DNA of 64,000 nucleotides from Dehalococcoidia bacterium (lineage in GTDB: Bacteria; Chloroflexota; Dehalococcoidia; Lucifugimonadales; VXLM01). Both the position numbers and the translations under genes were made by a program. Below the pieces are notes generated by a model. The model saw only the letters and a program-made list of their open reading frames with translations, had not been told where the DNA came from and did not search any database. Of the stretch, positions 1-8,984 are shown piece after piece (position 1 is the first letter of the stretch; every line of letters starts with the position of its first letter). Location: the NCBI GenBank assembly GCA_965116655.1, contig OZ220720.1, forward strand, positions 892,338 to 956,337, read 5' to 3'.

Positions 1-939
1 GTCGTCCGTAGCGGACGCGACGGTAACTCCGTTCGAGTTGCCGATGATGCTCCGGCCCCGTCTGTCGCAACGAAGCTCAACGCCGGAATCACCCAGCCTC
101 CCGGCCACCTTGGGCAGGAACTCCGAGGCGATGCCCGAGTGCACGATGAGCGTGTCCAGCGCGTTGCAGACGTACGGTGACGAAGTCTTGGCGTTGAACG
201 CGATATCGACGGCCATGTCCACGTCCGCCGTCTTGTCGACGAACGTGTGGCACACGCCGATTCCGCCGGTTATGGCGGGCATCTGGGCCTCCCGGCCCAC
301 TCGCCGCACGAGCTCGGCACTGCCACGGGGGACGATGAGATCGATGTACTCCGTCATGCCCAGCATCTCGCCAACGAGCGCGCGGTCGGTCGATTCGACG
401 AACTGCACGGCGTCGTCCGTGATCCCGGCTTCCGCAATGGCGTCCCGTGTGATCCGAGCAAGCACACCGTTGGAGCGAATGGCCTCCTTGCCTCCGCGCA
501 GGATGACTGCGTTGCCTGATTTCAGGCAGAGCGACGAAATGTCTATGGTGACATTCGGGCGGCTCTCGTAGACGACGCCGATGACGCCGAGAGGAACCCT
601 GCGCTTCGCCACCTCGAGACCGTTCGCCAAGGTGGTCTCGTCGAAGGTCTCCTCCGTTGGATCGGGTAGCTCCGCGACCTTTCGCACATCGGAAGCCATG
701 CCTTCGAGCTTGTTGTCGTCGAGCGCGAGGCGGCCAAGAAGCTGCTCGCTCAGCCCGTCGCGACGACCGGCATCAATGTCCTGCGAGTTGGCGGCAAGTG
801 TCTCTTCCCTGCGCGCAATGAGCGCGTCGGCTACGCCTTGCAAGGCCCTATTCTTGACGGATGTGGGCGTCTTGGCAAGAGCGCGTGAAGCGGCGCGTGC
901 CCGCCGTCCCATCTCTTGAAGATCGTTCTTGCCGTCCAC
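1..939 (-). CDS. proA: gamma-glutamyl phosphate reductase, 3' end cut by window edge
   Basis: The minus frame is open from GTG at 939 to position 1. Translation VDGKNDLQEMGRRARAASRALAK...RRVPLGVIGVVYESRPNVTIDISSLCLKSGNAVILRGGKEA...ITGGIGVCHTFVD matches ProA. It lies 26 nt downstream of proB. It is absent from the ORF track because there is no stop in the window. Confidence 0.9.
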   Translation of the reverse strand, partial: MDGKNDLQEMGRRARAASRALAKTPTSVKNRALQGVADALIARREETLAANSQDIDAGRRDGLSEQLLGRLALDDNKLEGMASDVRKVAELPDPTEETFDETTLANGLEVAKRRVPLGVIGVVYESRPNVTIDISSLCLKSGNAVILRGGKEAIRSNGVLARITRDAIAEAGITDDAVQFVESTDRALVGEMLGMTEYIDLIVPRGSAELVRRVGREAQMPAITGGIGVCHTFVDKTADVDMAVDIAFNAKTSSPYVCNALDTLIVHSGIASEFLPKVAGRLGDSGVELRCDRRGRSIIGNSNGVTVASATDD

Positions 940-965
940 GTTCTACCCCTGCGCCGGAAGGTTCC

Positions 966-2105
966 CTATAACCTTATCATGTCTCGCCGGTGGACGACCT
1001 CGTCGCCGTAGCGATCGCCCAGTATCTCGGCTACGCGATTGGAGCGAACACCCTTGATCCGGTCCAGCTCCACCGAGCTGTAGTTCGCTATGCCGACCGC
1101 GACCTGGATGCCGCGTCCGTTCCGTATCTGCACAGCCTCGCCACGTTCGAATGTCCCCACAACGGACGTGACCCCGACCGGAAGGAGGCTGCGGTCCCTC
1201 TGCAGTAGAACGTCCGCCGCTCCGTCGTCGACGACCACCCATCCGGCCTTCGATACGCGCGTCTTGAGCCAGTTCTTCCGGCTTTCCTTCGCCTTCTGAC
1301 TCGCCGGGCAGAATGTGCCGACCCGTTCGCCTTGCACCAAACGGTTCACGATGTCGGGTTCCTCGCCGCTTGCGATGAACACGTCCACGCCCCCCTCGGT
1401 GGCGAACTTCGCAGCCTCGAACTTCGTCGCCATGCCGCCGCGCCCTTTCCGATCACGGGGGGCGCCTGCGCGGGCGCGCATTTTCCTGTCGAACCGATGG
1501 ATGGTCGGAATCAGCTCCGCATTCTCATCAATGGTCGGATCGGACGTGTATAGACCATTGACCGTTCCAAGCAGTATCAGCAGATCGGCGTCGACCGCGC
1601 GGGCAACCCGCGCCGCGAGGTTGTCGTTGTCTCCGAACCCGGCTCCCGCAAGCTCATCGACGGCCACGACATCGTTCTCGTTGATTATCGGGACGACGCC
1701 CAGATCGAGGAGCGAAGCAAGGGTGTTGCGGACGTTCAGATCACGCAGCTTCTGGCTCCGAGTGCGACGCTCGCCCACGTCGTTCAGGGTCAAGAGCACT
1801 TGCGCAACGGTGATGCCGGAGTCATTGAAGAGGTCCTGGTAGATGTGCATCAGGTGACTCTGTCCAACGGCGGCAAGCGCCTGGCGGAACTGCACGCTGC
1901 TGTCATCGACCCCGGCAACCGCGCCACGCCCCGCGGCCACGGCTCCGGATGAGACGAGAATGAGCCTTGCCCCCTCACCGTGCAGCCGCGCCATCTGTTC
2001 GACGAGCCCCGCCATCACCCCACGGTTGGGGTTGCCGGCGTCATTCGTGAGAAGCGCCGTTCCCGCCTTTACGACGATTCGACGATACGACTCATGCTGC
2101 TGCAT
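966..2105 (-). CDS. proB: glutamate 5-kinase with C-terminal PUA domain
   Basis: 379 aa: IVVKAGTALLTN..., LILVSSGAVAAG, DNDNLAARVA, and a C-terminal PUA-like segment VVVDDGAADVLL...GVTSVVGTFERGEAV. Confidence 0.92.
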   Translation of the reverse strand: MQQHESYRRIVVKAGTALLTNDAGNPNRGVMAGLVEQMARLHGEGARLILVSSGAVAAGRGAVAGVDDSSVQFRQALAAVGQSHLMHIYQDLFNDSGITVAQVLLTLNDVGERRTRSQKLRDLNVRNTLASLLDLGVVPIINENDVVAVDELAGAGFGDNDNLAARVARAVDADLLILLGTVNGLYTSDPTIDENAELIPTIHRFDRKMRARAGAPRDRKGRGGMATKFEAAKFATEGGVDVFIASGEEPDIVNRLVQGERVGTFCPASQKAKESRKNWLKTRVSKAGWVVVDDGAADVLLQRDRSLLPVGVTSVVGTFERGEAVQIRNGRGIQVAVGIANYSSVELDRIKGVRSNRVAEILGDRYGDEVVHRRDMIRL

Positions 2106-2340
2106 AGGAGAAGAATCACGCTCCGCGTTGAATGCCGGGCGTTTGCGCGTTTAGCTACGAATCTATGCTAACAGTCACGGTTCACGTGTCAAGCAATTCG
2201 TATCTATGGTTTCTGATGCTTTGGATCAATCCAAAGGCTGATACCCGTGTACGTTCTGCACGAACGGACGGCGCCAAGCATCGTCCGTCAACCCCGTCGT
2301 GATATAGTAGTCCCAGAGCCGACTGCTATGGACTAAGGAT

Positions 2341-3405
2341 GTGAAAGGCGGGAAGAGGGTCTGGATCGGGCTTGTGCTCAGCGCCATTTTCGTGGCGCTT
2401 TTTTTCGTCACCCTCGATTTCCGAAGGCTCCTGGACGCCCTGATGGGCGCGAACTACGTCTACGTCGTTCCCGGCATAGGGCTATATCTCGTCGGCGTGT
2501 GGTTCCGCACGCTGCGGTGGCGGCAACTTCTCCATCACATTCGACCGATTCCGACCAGTCGACTCTTCCCCGTCGTCGTAGTTGGATACATGGCGAACAA
2601 CCTCCTGCCTCTCCGGCTGGGGGAGCTGGTCCGCAGCTACTACGTCGGCGACCGCGAGCAGGTCAGCAAGGCGGCAGCGCTCGTCACCATCTTCATCGAG
2701 CGGCTCCTGGACGCCCTCATGCTGCTACTCTTCATCCTGGTGATTGCCATATTCGTGCCGCTCATCGGCCTGGCGGAGGGCTTCGAAGAGCGTTTCAGCC
2801 TGCCGTGGCCGCTGCTCGCCGGAGCCATCAGCATCCCGTTCATCGTCGCCTTCGGTCTCCTGGTCGTGGTGGCCTACGCTCCGACAAAGGTAAGGGCGTT
2901 GATCTCGCTCGCGCTGCGCCTCTTGCCCACGGCCCTTGAAAGCCGACTCATGCACATCGTGGACATGTTCCTGGAAGGACTACAGTCTCTCAAAAGTCCT
3001 TCGACCATTCTCGTTGTCTTCATACTCTCGGCCCCGGTGTGGCTCTTCGAGGCAGGGCTGTTCCTCTTCGTTGGATATTCCTTCGGGTTCCACGAGATTT
3101 ACGACAGCCTGCCGGAGCTCATCGTCGTGATGATTCTCGTGACGGCCATTGCAAACATCGGGGCCTCCGTTCCCGCGGGACCGGGCGGCATCGGCCTGTT
3201 CGAAATCATAGCGCGTGAGACGTTGGTGCTCCTTCCCCTCGCCACCATGGACCGCGCAGTTGCGGGAGCGTACGTCGCGGTTGTCCACGCCTGCCTGCTC
3301 ATCCCGATGATCGTGCTCGGCCAATTCTTCCTGTGGACGCAGCACGTCTCGCTGCGCAGCCTGACGAAGATGGGTCAGGACGATGACCCGGAGCCGGACG
3401 AATGA
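2341..3405 (+). CDS. UPF0104 / flippase-like (lysyl-PG synthase TM region-like) polytopic membrane protein
   Basis: 354 aa with a GTG start and about 8 hydrophobic helices. The N-terminus KRVWIGLVLSAIFVALFFVTLDFRRLLDAL and the RWRQLL motif are typical of this family. Confidence 0.6.
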   Translation: MKGGKRVWIGLVLSAIFVALFFVTLDFRRLLDALMGANYVYVVPGIGLYLVGVWFRTLRWRQLLHHIRPIPTSRLFPVVVVGYMANNLLPLRLGELVRSYYVGDREQVSKAAALVTIFIERLLDALMLLLFILVIAIFVPLIGLAEGFEERFSLPWPLLAGAISIPFIVAFGLLVVVAYAPTKVRALISLALRLLPTALESRLMHIVDMFLEGLQSLKSPSTILVVFILSAPVWLFEAGLFLFVGYSFGFHEIYDSLPELIVVMILVTAIANIGASVPAGPGGIGLFEIIARETLVLLPLATMDRAVAGAYVAVVHACLLIPMIVLGQFFLWTQHVSLRSLTKMGQDDDPEPDE

Positions 3406-4727
3406 GAGTCGGAATCATCGGCGCCGGAGCGACCGGGCTGACGGCAGCGTATGAGCTGACCAAGCGGGGCCACGAGGTTGTGGTCTACGAGCGGGCGTCG
3501 TTCCTCGGTGGACAGGCGTCCACGTTCGACGTCGGCGGCTCTCAGCTGGAACGCGGCTACCACCACCTCTTCACGGGCGACACCGACATCCTCAATCTCA
3601 TCGACGAGATCGGACTTGGCGGCCAAATGCGCTGGTACGGCTCGAAGGTGGGCACCCTCTACGATGGGAAGATATACAACTTCGTCACCCCAATCGACCT
3701 CCTGAAATTCAAGCCGCTCAGCCTCTTCAACCGGTTTCGGCTAGGTGTCTCCACCTTGCTGCTGAGGCGGATGAAGGACTGGCGGCATCTAGAAGACACG
3801 CCCGCGCCGGACTGGCTCCGTCGCCATGCGGGCGAGCAGGCATACGACGTGTTCTGGGGCCCCATGCTCCGAGGAAAGTTCGGCGAGGAGTTCTACGGCG
3901 AGATCGGGATGCCCTGGATTTGGGGCAAGATCAACACCCGCTTCGCGTCACGCGGCAAGAGTATGTCCCGCGAGATGCTCGGCTACCCCATCGGCAGCTT
4001 CGGCGAGGTGTTCGACGTCCTTGGCGAACGAGTGCGGGAACTGGGCGGTGAGGTGCATGTCAACTCGGAGGTGACCGCAATTACCACACAGTCAGGCGCG
4101 CTCACGGGCCTCCAAGTGGACTTTCTCGAACGAGGTGAGTCGGAATTCGTCCCGTTCGACGCGGTGATATCCACGACTCAGTGTCACATCTTCGCGCGAC
4201 TTCTGCCCGACCTGCCGAGCGACTACCTGACCAAGCTGAAGGACACGAACTACCTCTCGGCGCTGCTCCTGATTCTCGTGCTCGACCGGCCGCTCTCCCA
4301 CATCTACTGGCTGAACGTGGCCGACCGTTCCATACCCTTCGTCGGAGTGATCGAGCAGACCAACATGGTGGAGCCGGAACACTACGGCGGCAGGCACGTC
4401 GTCTACCTGTCCAACTACCTCTCACGAAAAGACCGGTTGTACAGGCTGAGCCACGAGGAGCTACTTGAGGAGTACGCGCCACATCTGCGGAAGATCAACC
4501 CTGACTTCGACCGGTCCTGGATCGTCGAGAGCCACCGCCAGCACGTGGACGCCGCCCAGCCCATCATCGGCACCGGCTACTCGGACAAGATGCCCGCACA
4601 CCGCACGCCGATCAAGGGCGTCTACCTCGCCAACACGGCCCAGGTGTACCCGGAAGACAGGGGCACCAACTACAGCGTCCGCATGGGCGGGATGATCGCC
4701 AACACGCTGATGGAGGACTATGAGTAA
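3402..4727 (+). CDS. NAD(P)/FAD-dependent oxidoreductase (amine oxidase / phytoene desaturase-like)
   Basis: 441 aa with the dinucleotide fold MRVGIIGAGATGLTAAYELTKRGHEVVVYERASFLGGQ. A 4-nt ATGA overlap with the upstream membrane protein suggests an operon. Confidence 0.75.
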   Translation: MRVGIIGAGATGLTAAYELTKRGHEVVVYERASFLGGQASTFDVGGSQLERGYHHLFTGDTDILNLIDEIGLGGQMRWYGSKVGTLYDGKIYNFVTPIDLLKFKPLSLFNRFRLGVSTLLLRRMKDWRHLEDTPAPDWLRRHAGEQAYDVFWGPMLRGKFGEEFYGEIGMPWIWGKINTRFASRGKSMSREMLGYPIGSFGEVFDVLGERVRELGGEVHVNSEVTAITTQSGALTGLQVDFLERGESEFVPFDAVISTTQCHIFARLLPDLPSDYLTKLKDTNYLSALLLILVLDRPLSHIYWLNVADRSIPFVGVIEQTNMVEPEHYGGRHVVYLSNYLSRKDRLYRLSHEELLEEYAPHLRKINPDFDRSWIVESHRQHVDAAQPIIGTGYSDKMPAHRTPIKGVYLANTAQVYPEDRGTNYSVRMGGMIANTLMEDYE

Positions 4728-4728
4728 A

Positions 4729-4758
4729 TTGACACGAATTTCGGGCGGTGAGTATAAT
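4729..4758 (+). promoter_or_regulatory. near-consensus sigma70-type promoter
   Basis: TTGACA (4729-4734), an 18-nt spacer, then TATAAT (4753-4758). A hairpin CCCTTCGC...GCGAAGGG follows, then GGAGA and the ATG at 4837. Confidence 0.5.
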
Positions 4759-4836
4759 CAGTGGTGCTAGTCATGAGAAACAGCCACCCTTCGCGAGCCC
4801 GTTCGACCCAATGCGAAGGGTTCCCGGAGAAGCAAA

Positions 4837-5286
4837 ATGGTCAGGTCTTTCGTGCCCCGCACGGAATTCGCGGAGGAATTCAGGCATACGGGCCCCCAGC
4901 TCCTGGAACACGCGGAGCAGGAATTTCAAAAAGGAGATTTGCTTCAAGCGTCGGAAAAGACCTGGGGCGCCGTCCATCAGTTTCTGAAAGCGGCAGCCAC
5001 GGAGCGAGATTGGGGCCACGATACGCACTCTCACGTGCGACAAGTCGCCCAGAACTTGGCCGTTGAGACAGGCAACTCGGAAATGGCCGACCTCTTCAGT
5101 TATGCCGAAGCGCTCCGCGCTAACTTCTACCAAGCTCACATGGATGCAGACACCGTTCGACGCCACATGGACAGGATGAAGCACTATGCGGTAATACTTG
5201 CAAGCGTGCCTCCTCCCGCAAACCAACCCCGTGAGAGTCATCTGAGGGGACGCCCTTTCTTCCACAATCGAAGCGAGAATTCCTAA
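4837..5286 (+). CDS. PaREP1-family (HEPN-like) protein
   Basis: 149 aa: LLQASEKTWGAVHQFLKAAATERDWGH.THSHVRQVA..L...G......LFSYAEALRANFYQAHMD resembles the PaREP1 signature. Local GC is lower than in the flanks. Confidence 0.5.
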   Translation: MVRSFVPRTEFAEEFRHTGPQLLEHAEQEFQKGDLLQASEKTWGAVHQFLKAAATERDWGHDTHSHVRQVAQNLAVETGNSEMADLFSYAEALRANFYQAHMDADTVRRHMDRMKHYAVILASVPPPANQPRESHLRGRPFFHNRSENS

Positions 5287-5307
5287 AGCAACACTGGTAA
5301 CAACCTA

Positions 5308-5442
5308 ATGAAACGAACATATCAACCAAAGAAACGCCGCCGGATGCGAGTTCACGGTTTCCGTTCTCGTATGCGGAGCAAGAGCGGCCGGAAAGTACTC
5401 AAGCGTCGAATGTTCAAGGGACGCACGCGTCTGACCGTATAG
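5308..5442 (+). CDS. rpmH: 50S ribosomal protein L34
   Basis: My own translation is [44 protein letters not shown] (44 aa), below the track's size cutoff. Confidence 0.95.
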   Translation: MKRTYQPKKRRRMRVHGFRSRMRSKSGRKVLKRRMFKGRTRLTV

Positions 5443-5451
5443 CGGCGCAAA

Positions 5452-5856
5452 ATGCAGCGGGAAAGCCGGTTGCGAAAGACGGCGGACTTTGCGGCAGTAT
5501 GGTCGGAGGGCCGGTTGCGGGTCGATAGACTCTTCGTGCTGAAGGTCAGACCCAACGGCTTGGGAGCGACCCGATTCGGCTTTTCGGTGAGCAAGCGTAT
5601 CGGGAACGCCGTCGTTCGGAATCGGGTGAAGCGCAGGCTTCGCGAGGCGGTTCGAGCGGCATCGGTGGAGGCAGGATTCGATATCGTGATTGTCGCTCGC
5701 AACGGGGCCGCCGAGGCCGATTTCGCAAGAATAGAACGTTCAATTCACAGCCTGCTCAGGCGCGCCCGTGTATTACGCCAAGTGGAAAATGGCGCGACAC
5801 CGAGCAGTGTCGCCGAAGTGGGCGAGAACGAGATCAATGGGGGTCACGATGCGTAA
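5452..5856 (+). CDS. rnpA: ribonuclease P protein component
   Basis: 134 aa: [12 protein letters not shown]......LFVLKV.PN......[26 protein letters not shown]. It lies directly after rpmH. Confidence 0.9.
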   Translation: MQRESRLRKTADFAAVWSEGRLRVDRLFVLKVRPNGLGATRFGFSVSKRIGNAVVRNRVKRRLREAVRAASVEAGFDIVIVARNGAAEADFARIERSIHSLLRRARVLRQVENGATPSSVAEVGENEINGGHDA

Positions 5857-6061
5857 GGCGGCGCTGGGCGCAATTACGCTGTACCAGATGACGCTGTCCC
5901 AAGCACTCTTTAGAGGAGTGTGCCGATTCTACCCATCGTGCTCGCAGTACACCTACGAGGCGATCCAACAGTACGGCGTCTCTAAGGGTATCTGGCTAGG
6001 CATCAAACGGCTCAGCCGGTGCCGGCCTTTTGGCTCCAGCGGGTATGACCCCGTACCATGA
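5837..6061 (+). CDS. yidD: membrane protein insertion efficiency factor YidD
   Basis: [60 protein letters not shown]. The start is uncertain (ATG 5837 or 5849). The track start at 5768 would overlap rnpA extensively. Confidence 0.85.
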   Translation: MGVTMRKAALGAITLYQMTLSQALFRGVCRFYPSCSQYTYEAIQQYGVSKGIWLGIKRLSRCRPFGSSGYDPVP

Positions 6062-6132
6062 CCGAACTTGATATGAGAGGCCATGTGGCGCACCAATTTG
6101 CGACCCCTGCCTCTCGGATAATCTCCTAGCAT

Positions 6133-7284
6133 TTGAAAACGACAATCGGAACGACCAAACTCCAATCGGGCCGTCCCAGCCTGCTCAAGCTGGTTGTCGC
6201 CTCGGCGGCATTGGCCCTCGTCATCGCCGGCTGCGTACGCCCTGGGACTCCCCAGGGGTGGTCGGGCGTGGCCATAGAGAATGACCTGCTCTACGTCGGG
6301 ACGCAGGACAGGGACATCCGCGCCCTGAACGCCGAGACGGGCGAGACGGTCTGGGGCTTCAATCTGCGCGGCGAAGTCGAATCCGACCGCGCCGTCTACG
6401 GGACTCCGGCAATCTCTGATGGCGTAGCCTACGTCGGCGGCTACGACGGCACGCTGTACGCCCTTAACTTGGCGAACGGCAACGACGTCTGGGATGCCAC
6501 CATCGGCGACGGCTCCCCCATAGTCGGAGGACTTGCCGTAGGTGGAGGACTGGTATTCGTCGGGTCGAGCGACGGGACGCTTTACGCCTACGACGCGGCT
6601 GACGGTATCTACCAGTGGAAGTACGAGACAGGCAACAGCATTTGGGCCACGCCCGCCGTGGCGAACGACAGGGTCTTCTTCGGGTCGATGGACCAGAAGG
6701 TATACGCGCTCGATCTCGACGGCCAAAAGCTATGGGATTTCCACACTGGTGGGGCCGTGACGGCTCGGCCGCTCGTGCAGGACGGTCGGGTCTACATCGG
6801 CTCGTTCAGCAGCGATTTCTTCGCGCTTGACGCCGAGACCGGCAATGTTATTTGGAAGTTCCCCGACGCAATCAACTGGTACTGGAGCCGCGCCGTCACG
6901 AACGGCGACACCATCTTCGTCGGATCGACCGACGGCAACCTGTATGCGCTCGACGCGGCGACGGGTAGGCTGCGCTGGGTGTATCCAACGGAAGGATCCA
7001 TCGTCGGCGCTCCCGCCCTGATTGGGGACCGCGTCGCCGTCGGGTCCACCGACGGCAGGGTTCGGCTTGTGAGGCAGCAGGACGGCCAGGACGAAACCCA
7101 GTGCAATATCGGCGCTGCCATCAAAGCGCCACTAACGGCCCAGGGAGACTTCCTCTTCTTCCGGTCCGACGACCGGAGCATCCGTGCGCTGGAAGTCAAC
7201 CCGAACGGCAATCCCGATGAGATATGGGTACACCGCTCCGATCAGGACGACCCTGTCGCTCGTGATTGGACGCGGTCCTGCTAG
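6133..7284 (+). CDS. PQQ-like (BamB-like) beta-propeller repeat lipoprotein
   Basis: 383 aa with a TTG start and lipobox LVIAGC. Repeated motifs include DGTLYALN, DGTLYAYDAADG, KVYALDLDG and DGNLYALDAATG. Confidence 0.75.
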   Translation: MKTTIGTTKLQSGRPSLLKLVVASAALALVIAGCVRPGTPQGWSGVAIENDLLYVGTQDRDIRALNAETGETVWGFNLRGEVESDRAVYGTPAISDGVAYVGGYDGTLYALNLANGNDVWDATIGDGSPIVGGLAVGGGLVFVGSSDGTLYAYDAADGIYQWKYETGNSIWATPAVANDRVFFGSMDQKVYALDLDGQKLWDFHTGGAVTARPLVQDGRVYIGSFSSDFFALDAETGNVIWKFPDAINWYWSRAVTNGDTIFVGSTDGNLYALDAATGRLRWVYPTEGSIVGAPALIGDRVAVGSTDGRVRLVRQQDGQDETQCNIGAAIKAPLTAQGDFLFFRSDDRSIRALEVNPNGNPDEIWVHRSDQDDPVARDWTRSC

Positions 7285-7366
7285 CGATGATTTTTTTCGT
7301 AAAGGACGACATGTCGAAATCCAGGCCGGTCGTACAGTGTGAAAGTAGACCGGTAAAGGCGGAATC

Positions 7367-8374
7367 TTGGAGCTAATCGGCGACCTCTGGGACCTGATCA
7401 TCAACAGGCCGATGATCAACAGCCTGGTATTCCTGTACTGGGTCTTCTTCAGCAACTTCGGCCTGAGCATCATCGTGTTCACCATAGCGACGCGCCTTCT
7501 CATGGTGCCGCTCACCCTGCGGCAGCTGAAGATGACCAGGGCCATGAGCGAGCTTGCGCCGAAGGCGCAGGAGATCAACGAGAAGTACAAGGACGATCCG
7601 CAGCGCCGTTCCCAGGAGACCATGAAGCTCTACCGGGAGTCGGGTGTCAACCCAGTCGGCTGCCTTGGGCCGCTCGTTCTCCAGATGCCGATCTTCATCG
7701 GCCTCTTCTGGGCCCTGCGTTCGACCCTTGCATCCACACCTGAGAGTCTCGCCGACCTTGCGACCAAGCTCTACCCATGGCTCCCCGGTGTAGGAGAATC
7801 CATTCCTATCGATCCATTCTTCCTGGGACTGGATCTGGGTCTGCTTACTTCCGCCCACGGGATAATCGGCACGTTCCTTGCTCTGATAGTGGCAGGTTCG
7901 ACGTGGCTCATGCAGAAGATGAGCACTTCCAAGGCAACCAGCCCACAGCAGGAGCAGACGAGCAGGATGCTCTTGTGGTTCATGCCCATCATGATCGGCG
8001 TCTTCTCCCTGCAGTTCGAGACGGGGCTTACCATATACTGGACGGTCTCCAACATAGTGGGAATCATCGTGCAGGGATTCATCGGCGGGTGGGGTCAGGT
8101 CAGGGAGGCGTTCTCGTTCGGATTCATCTCGGCTCTGTGGGGCAAGCCAGCGGCGGGACAAGAGAAGACCGGCTCACAATCATCGACAAATAAGAACGGC
8201 GGCAAGGCCTTGGACGACTCGACCGACGACGACTCCGAGTCCGACTCCCGTTCAGAGGAGGCAGCATCCGATGAACAGCGTAGAAATGACGGGCAAAACG
8301 CCCGAAGAGGCGATCGAGTTCGCTCTAAAGGAGCTAGACGCCGAGCGCGGCGAGGTCGAAATCGACGTCGTTAA
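7367..8374 (+). CDS. yidC: YidC/Oxa1 membrane insertase with acidic-then-basic C-terminal tail
   Basis: 335 aa: GLSIIVFTIATRLLMVPLTLRQLKMTRAMSELAPKAQEINEKYKDDPQR...MKLYRESGVNPVGCLGPLVLQMPIFIGLFWAL. The tail ends ...SKGARRRARRGRNRRR. Confidence 0.9.
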   Translation: MELIGDLWDLIINRPMINSLVFLYWVFFSNFGLSIIVFTIATRLLMVPLTLRQLKMTRAMSELAPKAQEINEKYKDDPQRRSQETMKLYRESGVNPVGCLGPLVLQMPIFIGLFWALRSTLASTPESLADLATKLYPWLPGVGESIPIDPFFLGLDLGLLTSAHGIIGTFLALIVAGSTWLMQKMSTSKATSPQQEQTSRMLLWFMPIMIGVFSLQFETGLTIYWTVSNIVGIIVQGFIGGWGQVREAFSFGFISALWGKPAAGQEKTGSQSSTNKNGGKALDDSTDDDSESDSRSEEAASDEQRRNDGQNARRGDRVRSKGARRRARRGRNRRR

Positions 8375-8909
8375 TCGGGGAAAGTCAGGCATCCTCGGCA
8401 TCGGCGGAGAGCCCGCAAGGGTTCGTGTCACGCTCATCGAGCAGCCCTCGGACCTCGCTCGAATCGCCACCGAGATTCTGGAAGACCTCATCGAGCGAAT
8501 GGACGTATTGGCCTCCGTCCACCTCAAGCAGGCATATAACGACGAGGTGGACGGCCCTATCATTGAGGTCGACGGGGAGGACTCCGGCCTGCTGATCGGT
8601 CGTAGGGGTGAGACGCTGCGTGCCCTTCAGTTCATCGTGAGCTTCATCTGCGCCAAGCGGATGGGCGAGCGCGTGAACCTGTTCGTGGACGTGGCGGGTT
8701 ACCAGGAGCGTCGTTACAACTCGCTCCGAAACCTGGCCCGCCGGGTCGCCCAGCGGGTCGCGGACGGCGGACGGCCGATTACCCTCGAACCCATGCCGCC
8801 CAACGAGCGTCGCATCGTCCACCTGACGCTGGCCAATAACCCGAACGTCACCACCGCGAGCGTCGGGCACGGAGACCAACGCCAGGTCGTCGTGGAGCCG
8901 CAGGAGTAA
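8271..8909 (+). CDS. jag: Jag/KhpB RNA-binding protein (Jag_N, KH, R3H)
   Basis: 212 aa: MTGKTPEEAIEFALKELDAERGEVEIDVV..GKSGILGIGGEPARVRV, and a C-terminal R3H-type segment LEPMPPNERRIVHLTL. Its first 89-104 nt overlap the yidC 3' end in another frame. Confidence 0.88.
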   Translation: MNSVEMTGKTPEEAIEFALKELDAERGEVEIDVVNRGKSGILGIGGEPARVRVTLIEQPSDLARIATEILEDLIERMDVLASVHLKQAYNDEVDGPIIEVDGEDSGLLIGRRGETLRALQFIVSFICAKRMGERVNLFVDVAGYQERRYNSLRNLARRVAQRVADGGRPITLEPMPPNERRIVHLTLANNPNVTTASVGHGDQRQVVVEPQE

Positions 8910-8930
8910 GCGCCATTTTCAACTTCCTCG

Positions 8931-8956
8931 GTCTCTCCCCCGGCGGAGGAGAGATT
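8931..8956. repeat. family-A hairpin repeat (TCTCTCCCCC-loop-GGGGAGAGA type), degenerate
   Basis: GTCTCTCCCCCGGCGGAGGAGAGATT lies just after the jag stop and is a likely terminator-like stem-loop. Confidence 0.6.
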
Positions 8957-8984
8957 CAGAGAGGGTGAAACGGAGGACACCGAG

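Noticed and set aside
4728-5310. Chromosomal replication origin next to rpmH.
   Set aside because: No dnaA or dnaN gene is adjacent, and there is no cluster of TTATCCACA-like boxes or an AT-rich unwinding element. The TGTGGCAT octamers elsewhere only partly resemble DnaA boxes and lie far from rpmH.
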